Assembly: GCA_963792965.1 (NCBI GenBank)
Contig: CAWBYW010000016.1
Location: 115,925 to 179,924 of the forward strand
Source of the DNA: an uncultured delta proteobacterium
Lineage (GTDB): Bacteria > Desulfobacterota > Zymogenia > Zymogenales > Zymogenaceae
DNA: 64,000 bases
Reading direction: 5' to 3'
The position numbers and the translations under genes are program-made. The notes beneath the pieces were generated by a model, which saw nothing but the letters and a program-made list of their open reading frames with translations, was not told the DNA's origin and ran no database searches. Positions within the stretch are counted from its first letter, which is position 1. Each line of letters opens with the position of its first letter. Of the stretch, positions 1-7,313 are shown one piece after another.

Positions 1-45
1 TAGGGGACATAGGCGTTATACTTAAAGTATGGTTGTTGTTAATAC

Positions 46-231
46 ATGAAGGAGGGTACTATGGCCAAAGTCAATGTCTCAAATAAGGTCTTCTGGTGGG
101 TTGCGCTGATCCTGCTCATTGTCGGAGGCGTCTCTTTCATTCTCGAACAGCTGGGCGCATTCGCGCTGCCGTATGAGCTAACGGGGTGGCTGCTGTTGAT
201 TTCAGCGCTCCTTTTTGCTTTCGTGGTCTGA
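46..231 (+). CDS. hypothetical small membrane protein
   Basis: 61-aa ORF with two hydrophobic helices (WWVALILLIVGGVSFIL; WLLLISALLFAFVV). A GGAGGG Shine-Dalgarno precedes the internal ATG at 61, so 61..231 may be the true CDS. A terminator follows at 291-322. Confidence 0.45.
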   Translation: MKEGTMAKVNVSNKVFWWVALILLIVGGVSFILEQLGAFALPYELTGWLLLISALLFAFVV

Positions 232-290
232 CGCCAGCGTCGCTCGCCGGCGCGTCAGCCTCACAAAGCGATTTATCAGAGTGTTTCCAA

Positions 291-322
291 GGTGACCCTT
301 CAACGGGTCACCTTTTTATTTT
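291..322 (+). terminator. intrinsic terminator hairpin between convergent small ORFs
   Basis: Stem GGTGACCC (291-298) / GGGTCACC (305-312), 6-nt loop, then TTTTTATTTT (313-322). Confidence 0.6.
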
Positions 323-339
323 CCCGGTTACCCCCCCAC

Positions 340-570
340 TCAGCGCTTTTTGACTGCCGCGACAACGAGGAGGATAATCCCTCCGGTCAGTGCGACGACT
401 CCCAGTATCGGCGGGAGGGGAAGCGTTTTGGTCTTCTCCGCGGTCACGTGCAAGGGACCGAGCTCGACGACATTCTCCTGGGTTTTATAGGTAATGCCGT
501 GATAGGCCAGCGCCACGACCCCTAACACGATCAGAATAATCGCAACGACAATCATGACTTTTGGCTTCAT
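340..570 (-). CDS. small two-TM membrane protein, DUF3185-like
   Basis: 76-aa ORF with TM helices at both ends flanking a short soluble loop. The layout resembles the DUF3185 family; this is recalled, not searched. Confidence 0.5.
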   Translation of the reverse strand: MKPKVMIVVAIILIVLGVVALAYHGITYKTQENVVELGPLHVTAEKTKTLPLPPILGVVALTGGIILLVVAAVKKR

Positions 571-786
571 CCAGACCTCCCATTCCCTTGCTTCTGGTAA
601 CCGCTTTACCCGCCATGATCATCCCTGGATGGCGCGACTAACGCCGGGATAGCGGCATCCCCTGCTACGTCGACCCTTGCTTAAAGTATTATTTACGCGA
701 TACGTTACGGTCCCTTTGAACTCTGCGTCGAGCGGAGTGTAGGTTTCGGTGAGAAGGGACGGCTGCGCCGGCGCGGCCGTGACGTC

Positions 787-2193
787 TCACGTGCGGGCCG
801 TGCGAATCCTCCCGAGGACTTCCGTAAACTCCCGGATGTCCTTCATCTCATCGATTCTCATGGCGGATTCATAGATCTCCCGCCATTGGCCGTCGGAAAG
901 GAAGTTTCTCGTGCAGACGAGGAGCTTTTCCCGGATATCGATCGGGTTCTTGTAGGAGCCCTTCATCGCCTCGGTGAACTTCGAAAACGTCGCACCGTTC
1001 TTCATCACGAAGGTGACCTCGCCCGAATTGATTCCCTCCTGCATCTCCCTGACGTCAAGAGACGGATCGGCGGTGAACTCTATTTTATCGAAGAAGGCGT
1101 GGAGTCTCTTGTCCGCCATCCTCTTCTTCGTAAACTGGGCCTCCGTCAGCTCACCGTCGAGGATCGCCGCCGCCAGCGGATAGACCGAATTGAAGAAGAG
1201 CGGCACCGCGGTCAGGTAATCGGTCTTGACGATCTCGCCTATCAGATCGACCAGCTCGTCGGTAGGCTTGTTGAGGAGCAGCGTCACCGTGGGGCACCGC
1301 ACCTGGACCCGGTCGATCGCGTCGCGGTCGATCCCGTGCTCTCGGATCAGGTCAAGGGCGCTGTCCACCAGGGCGTCCAGCCACCCGCAGCAGGGATAGA
1401 GTTTGGGTGAGTGCGTGTCCGTGCGCCAGTCGGTGCCGAGGTCCTTGACCATCTCCGTCAGGTCGTACCGGTCAAAAATCGCGTTGGAGAAGCCGTCGGG
1501 GTGCTCGATGATCTTCCGAAAGCCGTGGAGCCCGCTCTTGGCCAGCGACGCACCGAGGATCCCCGCGTAGACCGGGGCCCCGGTGATGAACCCCTTGCTC
1601 GGGGAAAACCATCCGGCAAACGACTGGGTCATCGGCGGAAAACACGAGATCCCCACCGCGTCCATTATCTGTTCCTTCGTGAGACGGAAGAGTTTCCCGG
1701 CCACGAAGGCGGCATCGATCTGGTGGTTCGGGCACGAGTTGGTGAAAAGACGGCTCTTGATGTAGGCGTGGCCCGTCCTTCCGGAGATCTCGTTGCCGAC
1801 GATCAGCGCCGTCAACAGCTCACGGCCGGATGCCCCGACCGCCTCCGCCACCGCCAGGGCGCAGGGGACGGTGGACGCGCCGGAGTGCTGGGACCTGAGG
1901 TAATCCTCCCACTCGAGCGTCTGGGCGGCCACCGCGTTGGCCATCCCGGCGTGGCGCATGCTGCTCTTGGTGCCACGGCCGATGAGGGTCGATTCTTCGC
2001 GGTCTCCGAACGACTCGACGCCGGCAAAGAGCGGCGCGAGCTCATCCGTGCGGCTCCCGGCAAGGATCGCCGCGACGATGCCGATCACCTGCTCCTTGGC
2101 GCAGCCGACGGTCTTTTTCGGAATATCGGTAAACGCGAGGCCGGACGCCCATTCGCTCAGGATCTCCGTTACCGCAATGCCTTTCTGTGTCAT
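787..2193 (-). CDS. MmgE/PrpD family protein (2-methylcitrate dehydratase-like)
   Basis: 468-aa ORF. The length and sequence character (for example GASTVPCALAVAEAVGASGRELLTALIVGNEISGR) are typical of the MmgE/PrpD fold. The long antisense ORFs over it look like GC-driven artefacts. Confidence 0.8.
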   Translation of the reverse strand: MTQKGIAVTEILSEWASGLAFTDIPKKTVGCAKEQVIGIVAAILAGSRTDELAPLFAGVESFGDREESTLIGRGTKSSMRHAGMANAVAAQTLEWEDYLRSQHSGASTVPCALAVAEAVGASGRELLTALIVGNEISGRTGHAYIKSRLFTNSCPNHQIDAAFVAGKLFRLTKEQIMDAVGISCFPPMTQSFAGWFSPSKGFITGAPVYAGILGASLAKSGLHGFRKIIEHPDGFSNAIFDRYDLTEMVKDLGTDWRTDTHSPKLYPCCGWLDALVDSALDLIREHGIDRDAIDRVQVRCPTVTLLLNKPTDELVDLIGEIVKTDYLTAVPLFFNSVYPLAAAILDGELTEAQFTKKRMADKRLHAFFDKIEFTADPSLDVREMQEGINSGEVTFVMKNGATFSKFTEAMKGSYKNPIDIREKLLVCTRNFLSDGQWREIYESAMRIDEMKDIREFTEVLGRIRTART

Positions 2194-2207
2194 GACAAAT
2201 CCTCCGA

Positions 2208-2606
2208 TTATCCGAGCGGAAGGAGCACCATCGCCTGCATGACCGACGAGAAGCGCTCGACCAGCGCCATATCCTTCAGGGCGACGACGTCACGGACCGG
2301 GTCAAGCTCAAAGCGGAAGACCGTGGCGTAGGTCTTCTTCCCGGTCAGGATTTTCTCCCACTGGTCGCGCGTGGTGACAAGGCGCGCGTGGCAAAACGGG
2401 TCGTCCCCATCTGTGACGGTCATCCCCTCGGGGGTGATCGTCACGGTATACGCCCGCCCCCCGGCCTCGGCGAGCACGACCTTCTTGTGGAGGAGGTCCT
2501 CCACGATGCCCATCTGCAGCATGACGGGGATGAGCATATTGAAACGGTCTTTTACCCTGCCGAGCAATTCCAAGAGTCGTTCATTGTTTTTCACCGGGTT
2601 CTTCAT
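2208..2606 (-). CDS. SCP2 sterol-carrier-like domain protein
   Basis: 132-aa ORF directly upstream of the PrpD-like gene on the same strand. The C-terminal pattern (TTRDQWEKILTGKK...ELDP...LKDMALVERF) resembles SCP2 domains. Weak call. Confidence 0.4.
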   Translation of the reverse strand: MKNPVKNNERLLELLGRVKDRFNMLIPVMLQMGIVEDLLHKKVVLAEAGGRAYTVTITPEGMTVTDGDDPFCHARLVTTRDQWEKILTGKKTYATVFRFELDPVRDVVALKDMALVERFSSVMQAMVLLPLG

Positions 2607-2666
2607 GGCCCATTCTCGCTAAAGGGATGAGATAAACGGCAACCCGCGCCCTTCCCGGGCCGAGGC

Positions 2667-3985
2667 CTATTTCAATCGTTTGACGATCTCAAAGACTTTT
2701 GCCAACGCCTCCCCCTCGTCGAACGTGAGGATCTTCCCCCAGTGATGGACGACCCGCCCCCCACGATCGTGGTCTTGACATCGAGCCCCCGCGCGGAATA
2801 GACGAGGTGGGACTCGTACGAGAAGAGCGGCGCGGCATGGGGACGCGACAGGTCGACGACGATCAGGTCCGCGGCCATGCCCGGCGCAAGGCTCCCCACC
2901 TCCGTTTCCAGCCCGAGGGCCTCGGCGCCAAGGAAGAGCGAGAGCGAGAGGACGGTTTTGGCGTCCATCTGGGCGGGGTCCTTCGAGGCAAGCTTATGCC
3001 CCTTGGCGCAGAAGTCCATCTCGTAGAAGAGGTCCTGGCGGTTGTTGGAGGCCGGCCCGTCGGTGCCGAGCCCCACAGGGATGCCGGCCGCCAACATCGC
3101 CGGCACCGGGGCAAGGCCGTTGCCGAGCTTGGCGTTGCTGCCCGGGCAGTGTACCACGGACGCGCCGTACTCGGCCAGGATATCGATCTCCTCGGGCTCG
3201 ACGTAGACGGCATGCACCGCGATAAAGGTATCGGAAAGAATACCCTCCCGCGCGAGGAGGCGCACGGGTGTCGCCCCGTATTTCTGCGTGACCGTCTTCA
3301 CCTCCGCCTCCGACTCGGCAAGGTGGGTGAAGAGCGGCACTCTGTACTCGTCGCACAGCTCCTTTACCGTGCGGTATGTCCGGGGGGAGGCGGTGTAGGG
3401 GGCGTGAACGAAGAGGGCCGGGGTCACGAGGCCGCCGCCCTTCTTTTTCGTTTCTTCGAGGAATTGCCTGAGGACCGATAGGCGCCCGCCGTCGTCCTTC
3501 CACTGGGGCTGCGGCCCATCGATGACTCCCTGGGCCGAGATCGCCCTTATCCCCGCGGCGCCGAAGGCCTCGGCGGCAGAGGAGGCAAAGAAATAGGCGT
3601 CGGCGCACGTGGTGATGCCCGAGCGCAGCATCTCGGCGGCCGACACGAGGCTCCCCCAGTAGACCATGTCGCGTCCCATGAGTTTTTCTTCGGCGGGTAT
3701 GATCCGATTAAATAGCCAGGTGTCAAACGGGAGGTCATCGGCATAGCCGCGCAGGACCGACATGGCGGCGTGGGTGTGGCCGTTGATGAGCCCCGGCATG
3801 ACGAGGTCGCCCCCGGCATCTAAGGTGCGCTCGGCCTCAAATCCGTGGCCGATCTCGAATTCGTCGCCGACCGCGACAATCACCCCGTCTTTTATGCAGA
3901 CGATGCCGCTCGGAAAGCGGCTCCCCCGCTCATCGAAGGTGAGGACCGGACCACCCTTGACGATGAGGTCGACCTTCTCGGTCAT
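2667..3985 (-). CDS. mtaD: MtaD-type amidohydrolase (5-methylthioadenosine/S-adenosylhomocysteine deaminase family), 3' end frameshifted as assembled
   Basis: Metal-binding motif GLINGHTHAAMSVLRGYADDLPFDTWL and the HAESEAE and TDG segments are present. The ORF-track product (2672..3985) turns to low-complexity sequence after ...VKTTIVGG. Adding one base to the C run at 2757-2762 gives ...IVGGRVVHHWGKILTFDEGEALAKVFEIVKRLK with a stop at 2667, which parallels the C-terminus of the paralog at 4974..6302. Confidence 0.8.
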
Positions 3986-4380
3986 ACGACCACCGACTCG
4001 TCATCGGCGCGCCAGGCCGGGTCAACGATGCAATAGAAGACGAGGTCGGAATTGCCCGTGTTCTCGGTCCACTGCAGCGCCCCGGGGGGGACGTAGACGA
4101 GGCTGCCCGCCGAGACCTCGGCCGCCTCATCATTCACGTGCATGATGCCCCGTCCCTCGGTGACGATGAAGACCTCGGAGGACGATTTCAGCCGGTGGGG
4201 CAGGTTCCGGGAGCCCTTCGGCATGCGCGCGACGGCGATCGAGTAATGCGTCGCGACGGGGTCCTTCATGGGCGACATGAGCTCCTTGATCGGCGTCGTG
4301 TCGGCGGCCGTGATGCCCGGCGTCTTATGCGGTTCAACGATTTTCATTTGTTCTACCCGATTAGAGGATTTTGGTGACAC
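3982..4380 (-). CDS. cupin domain protein
   Basis: Cupin_2-like core (HRLKSSSEVFIVTEGRGIMHV...VYVPPGALQWTEN). Its stop overlaps the mtaD start in an ATGA overlap at 3982-3985. The ORF-track start is GTG at 4380. The ATG at 4347 is more likely, because 4367-4391 belongs to a repeat element. Confidence 0.65.
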   Translation of the reverse strand: MSPKSSNRVEQMKIVEPHKTPGITAADTTPIKELMSPMKDPVATHYSIAVARMPKGSRNLPHRLKSSSEVFIVTEGRGIMHVNDEAAEVSAGSLVYVPPGALQWTENTGNSDLVFYCIVDPAWRADDESVVV

Positions 4381-4453
4381 TCTACTTAATTAAGACTCTA
4401 TAAATTGACGGGGTAGATCTCAATTAAAATTAAGCATGGTGTCCCCCTAATTC
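4367..4453. repeat. imperfect palindromic element, degenerate copy of the 4888-4971 element
   Basis: The arm at 4428-4453 (AATTAAGCATGGTGTCCCCCTAATTC) matches the 4946-4971 part of the 4945-4971 arm at 23/26 positions. The arm at 4367-4391 (GATTTTGGTGACACTCTACTTAATT) is its imperfect inverted partner. Spacer is about 36 nt. The element abuts the DUF3795 stop codon. Confidence 0.6.
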
Positions 4454-4860
4454 TACTTCCTTCTCCCGCACTCAGAACAAACACCTTTATGAACACAAAT
4501 AGTCCCACCACAATCGGGACATGTCCATCTTGATTTTTCGTTTAGTAGAAATTTTGTAATACCCAATTTTTCAATATTCCCGAGATTTTCAATCATGCTC
4601 ATAGTATACTTTGTTCTATATCTTTTGTCCAAATGCTTCAATGTATCGCAGGGAAAATCATTGCATTGAAAACAAAACGTTGCCTTTCCATTCTTGAGGA
4701 CTTCGCAGATTTTGATTTTGCATGTGGTGCGGGTAATCGGCTTGCCAACATCCGAGCCTCTGCATCCACGACATTTGTTACTTTCTCTCAGATATGCTAA
4801 GCAAACACCGCAATTCATCCCACAGGGGGCGATGAGCAAAGCTGCGCCTAATGATGCCAT
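4453..4860 (-). CDS. Cys-rich DUF3795-like protein (putative zinc-binding)
   Basis: 135-aa ORF with CGxxCxxC, CxxC and CPDCGG...CSECG clusters typical of DUF3795. It is visibly AT-rich compared with both neighbours and is flanked by the two palindromic elements. Confidence 0.65.
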   Translation of the reverse strand: MASLGAALLIAPCGMNCGVCLAYLRESNKCRGCRGSDVGKPITRTTCKIKICEVLKNGKATFCFQCNDFPCDTLKHLDKRYRTKYTMSMIENLGNIEKLGITKFLLNEKSRWTCPDCGGTICVHKGVCSECGRRK

Positions 4861-4887
4861 GCTATTACTATATATTATTTCCCAAAA

Positions 4888-4971
4888 GAATTAAGGGGAC
4901 ACAATACTTAATTCACTTTTCTTTGCTTATCCTGAAGGCCCGTTGAATTAAGTATTGTGTCCCCTTAATTC
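4888..4971. repeat. perfect 27-bp inverted repeat with 30-nt spacer (long hairpin, possible terminator or mobile-element end)
   Basis: GAATTAAGGGGACACAATACTTAATTC (4888-4914) is the exact reverse complement of 4945-4971. The element begins 2 nt after the stop (4974-4976) of the upstream minus-strand deaminase gene. On the minus-strand RNA it is followed by UUUUGGG. Confidence 0.8.
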
Positions 4972-4973
4972 GC

Positions 4974-6302
4974 TTACCCCACCGACTTCCTCACCCTCCC
5001 CGACAGCTCCCGCGCCTTAGCCATGATGTCGGCCGCATCCGCCTTCGTTAGCTTGCCGTCGTGCACCAGCACGTCCCCGTTGACCAGCACGTCCCGCACG
5101 TCGGTGGATTTTGCGGCGTAGACGAGGTGCGAATAGGGGTTGTAGACAGGCGTCAGGTGGGGCTTATTGAAATCGACGATGATGAGGTCGGCCTTCTTGC
5201 CGACGGCGAGCGTCCCCACCAGCTCACCGAGCCCGAGGGCTCGCGCGCCGTTTTTTGTGGCGGTCTGGAGGACGGTCTTTGCCTCCATGTGCGTCGGGTC
5301 CGCATCGTAGACCTTGTGGAGCTTTGCCAGCGTATCCATCTCCCCGAAGAGGTCAAGGTCGTTGTTGCTGGCGCATCCGTCCGTGCCCAGCCCCACGACG
5401 ATCCCCCGCCCAAGGTACTTGTGCACCGGCGCCCATCCCGAGGCGAGCTTCATGTTGCTCTCGGGGTTGGTGACGACGGTAACATTCCTTTCACGCATGA
5501 TCTCCATCTCGGCATCATCCACCCAGACGGCGTGGAGCGCCGTGAATCTCTCGTTGAGGACGCCCAGGTCGTCCAGATACTCAAACGAGCTCTTGCCGTG
5601 CTTCTTCTTCACGTCCTCGATGTTTGCACGGGACTCCGCCACGTGGACGATGCAGCGCACCCCAAACCCGTCCGAAATCTCCTTTGCCCGCACGAAGAGC
5701 TCCGGCGAGCAGGTGTCCAGCGCGTGGGGCTGGATGGAGGGAACGATAAGGGGGTCGCTCTGCCACTTCTTGATGAAGTTTTCCGTATACTCGAATCCCT
5801 TCTCGATGGGCCCGTAGTTCGGGGAGGGAAAGTCATAGAGCACCTCGCCGAGCACCCCCCGCATCCCCATCTCTTTGGCGGCTCTCGCCGCCGAGTCCTC
5901 GAAGAGGTACATGTCACAAAAGGTCGTCACCCCCCCGAGCAGCATCTCCGCGCAGGCGAGCTTCGTCCCCCAGTAGACGAAGTCGTCGTCGAGGTTGGCC
6001 TTCTCGGCCGGAAAGATATAGTCGCATAGCCACCGCTCCAGCGGCAGGTCGTCGGCGATCCCCCGAAAGAGGCTCATGGCCGCATGCGTGTGCCCGTTGA
6101 CCAACCCCGGCATCACGACGCATCCCGTCGCGTCAATCTCGGTTCTTGCCGCCCAGCGACGGGCGGCATCGCTCCGTTTCCCCACGAAAGCGATCGCGTC
6201 GCCTACGACCACGACCGCGCCGTCTTCAATCGGGACCCCGTCCTCCATCGTCAGGACGATCCCGCCCGAAATAACTACGTCCGCGCCGATTCTCTCCGTC
6301 AT
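4974..6302 (-). CDS. MtaD-type amidohydrolase/deaminase, second paralog
   Basis: This is the C-terminal 442 aa of ORF 4974..7271, starting at MTERIGADVVISGG (ATG 6300-6302). Motifs GLVNGHTHAAMSLFRGIADDLPLERWL, HVAESRANIE and GLGTDGCASNN are present. Its ATG overlaps the TGA of the restored PNP frame (ATGA). Confidence 0.8.
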   Translation of the reverse strand: MTERIGADVVISGGIVLTMEDGVPIEDGAVVVVGDAIAFVGKRSDAARRWAARTEIDATGCVVMPGLVNGHTHAAMSLFRGIADDLPLERWLCDYIFPAEKANLDDDFVYWGTKLACAEMLLGGVTTFCDMYLFEDSAARAAKEMGMRGVLGEVLYDFPSPNYGPIEKGFEYTENFIKKWQSDPLIVPSIQPHALDTCSPELFVRAKEISDGFGVRCIVHVAESRANIEDVKKKHGKSSFEYLDDLGVLNERFTALHAVWVDDAEMEIMRERNVTVVTNPESNMKLASGWAPVHKYLGRGIVVGLGTDGCASNNDLDLFGEMDTLAKLHKVYDADPTHMEAKTVLQTATKNGARALGLGELVGTLAVGKKADLIIVDFNKPHLTPVYNPYSHLVYAAKSTDVRDVLVNGDVLVHDGKLTKADAADIMAKARELSGRVRKSVG

Positions 6303-7163
6303 TCCTCTTTTGTTTCTCCTATCCGCCGGATTACCGCGGCGATCAGTCTGATGAGGTCCGGACCGGTCCTCTTCTCCCGTGGCGATGATATCGTCGATCA
6401 GGATGGGAGCCATGGCGTCGGGGAGGTTAACGTTGGCCACGAGCGAAAAGCCCAACACCCGCATCCTCACGTGCGCCGCGGTGATCACCTCCATAACCGT
6501 CGACATGCCCAGGGCGTCGGCACCGAGGCCGCGAAACATCCTGGTCTCGGCCGCCGTCTCGAGGCTCGGGCCCAAGACCCCGATATAGACCCCCCGGTTG
6601 ACGTGGATGCCCAGCCTGAGCGCCTCCTCTTCGGCGATCTCGATGAGCTCCCGATCATAGGCCTTCGTCATGTCGGGAAAGCGGGGGCCCAACGTGTCGA
6701 GATTGGGGCCGACGAGCGGGTTACGGCCCGTGAAGTTGATCTGGTCGTGGATAACCATGATCTCCCCCGGCCGAAAGAGCGGATTGAGGCCGCCGGCCGA
6801 ATTGGTGATGATGAGGGTGTTGATCCCAAGGGCGAAGAGGGCCCGGACGGCAAAGGCGATCTCGGGGGCCGTATACCCCTCGTAGAGGTGGAACCGGCCC
6901 TCCATGGCCGCCGTCTCCACCCCGGCGATCCTCCCGATATGCAAAATCCCCGCATGACCCTCCGCGGTCGAGACGGGGAAGTGGGGGATCTCCCCATACG
7001 GGATCGAAACCTCCGTCTCCATGACCGCGGAAGTACCGGAAAGTCCCGTGCCGAGGATCACGGCCACGCGCGGACGGAGGTTTGTCTTGATGAGGATGTG
7101 ATCGGCCGCCTCGTGGATCTCTTTGATCGCTTTGTCTGCATCGCGGGGGGGCTGGACTGTCAT
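6299..7163 (-). CDS. purine nucleoside phosphorylase family (PunA/MTAP-like), frameshifted near the 3' end as assembled
   Basis: N-terminal part of ORF 4974..7271 from MTVQPPRDADKAIKEI (ATG 7161-7163). PNP motifs are present: VAVILGTGLSG, HFPVSTAEGHAG, MEGRFHLYEGY, ITNSAGGLNP, GPSLETAAE, GADALGMSTV. A one-base shift near 6370-6376 restores ...ATG(K/E)RTGPDLIRLIAAVIRRIGETKEE with a stop at 6299. Confidence 0.75.
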
Positions 7164-7313
7164 GGTATGACTCCCTCCACTGAGATAGACCGCTGGACCG
7201 GACGGACACAAACGGTCCGTCTGCGGCGCACGGGTGAGTGGCATACGGTCAGCCGGGCCGCATGAGCACACGGCCCATCGCGTCCGCGCGGCGCACCGTG
7301 CCCGAAAGTATCT

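Noticed and set aside
4888-4971. Interpretation of the palindromic element as an integron attC site. A GTTGAAT sequence matching GTTRRRY is present.
   Set aside because: The stem is a perfect 27-bp duplex without the extrahelical bases typical of attC. The core-like heptamer is internal rather than at the element boundary. No integrase or cassette array is nearby.
6084-7265. Long plus-strand ORFs antisense to the PNP/deaminase genes (6084..7265, 393 aa; 5061..6029, 322 aa). Similar antisense ORFs elsewhere: 1411..2331, 9658..10785, 17617..18615, 25069..26046, 29664..30590, 31532..32353, 35914..37017, 38794..39858, 40432..41451, 49473..50660, 59149..60102, 61116..62237.
   Set aside because: Their products are Arg/Gly/Pro/Asp-rich low-complexity sequence with no motifs. 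The opposite strand carries clear family signatures in every case. Long antisense ORFs of this kind are typical of GC-rich DNA.
4974-7271. A genuine 765-aa PNP-amidohydrolase fusion protein.
   Set aside because: The inter-domain linker looks out of frame. A one-base shift restores a normal PNP C-terminus ending in an ATGA overlap with the deaminase start. The window has many comparable indels. Kept as a finding because only reads can settle it.
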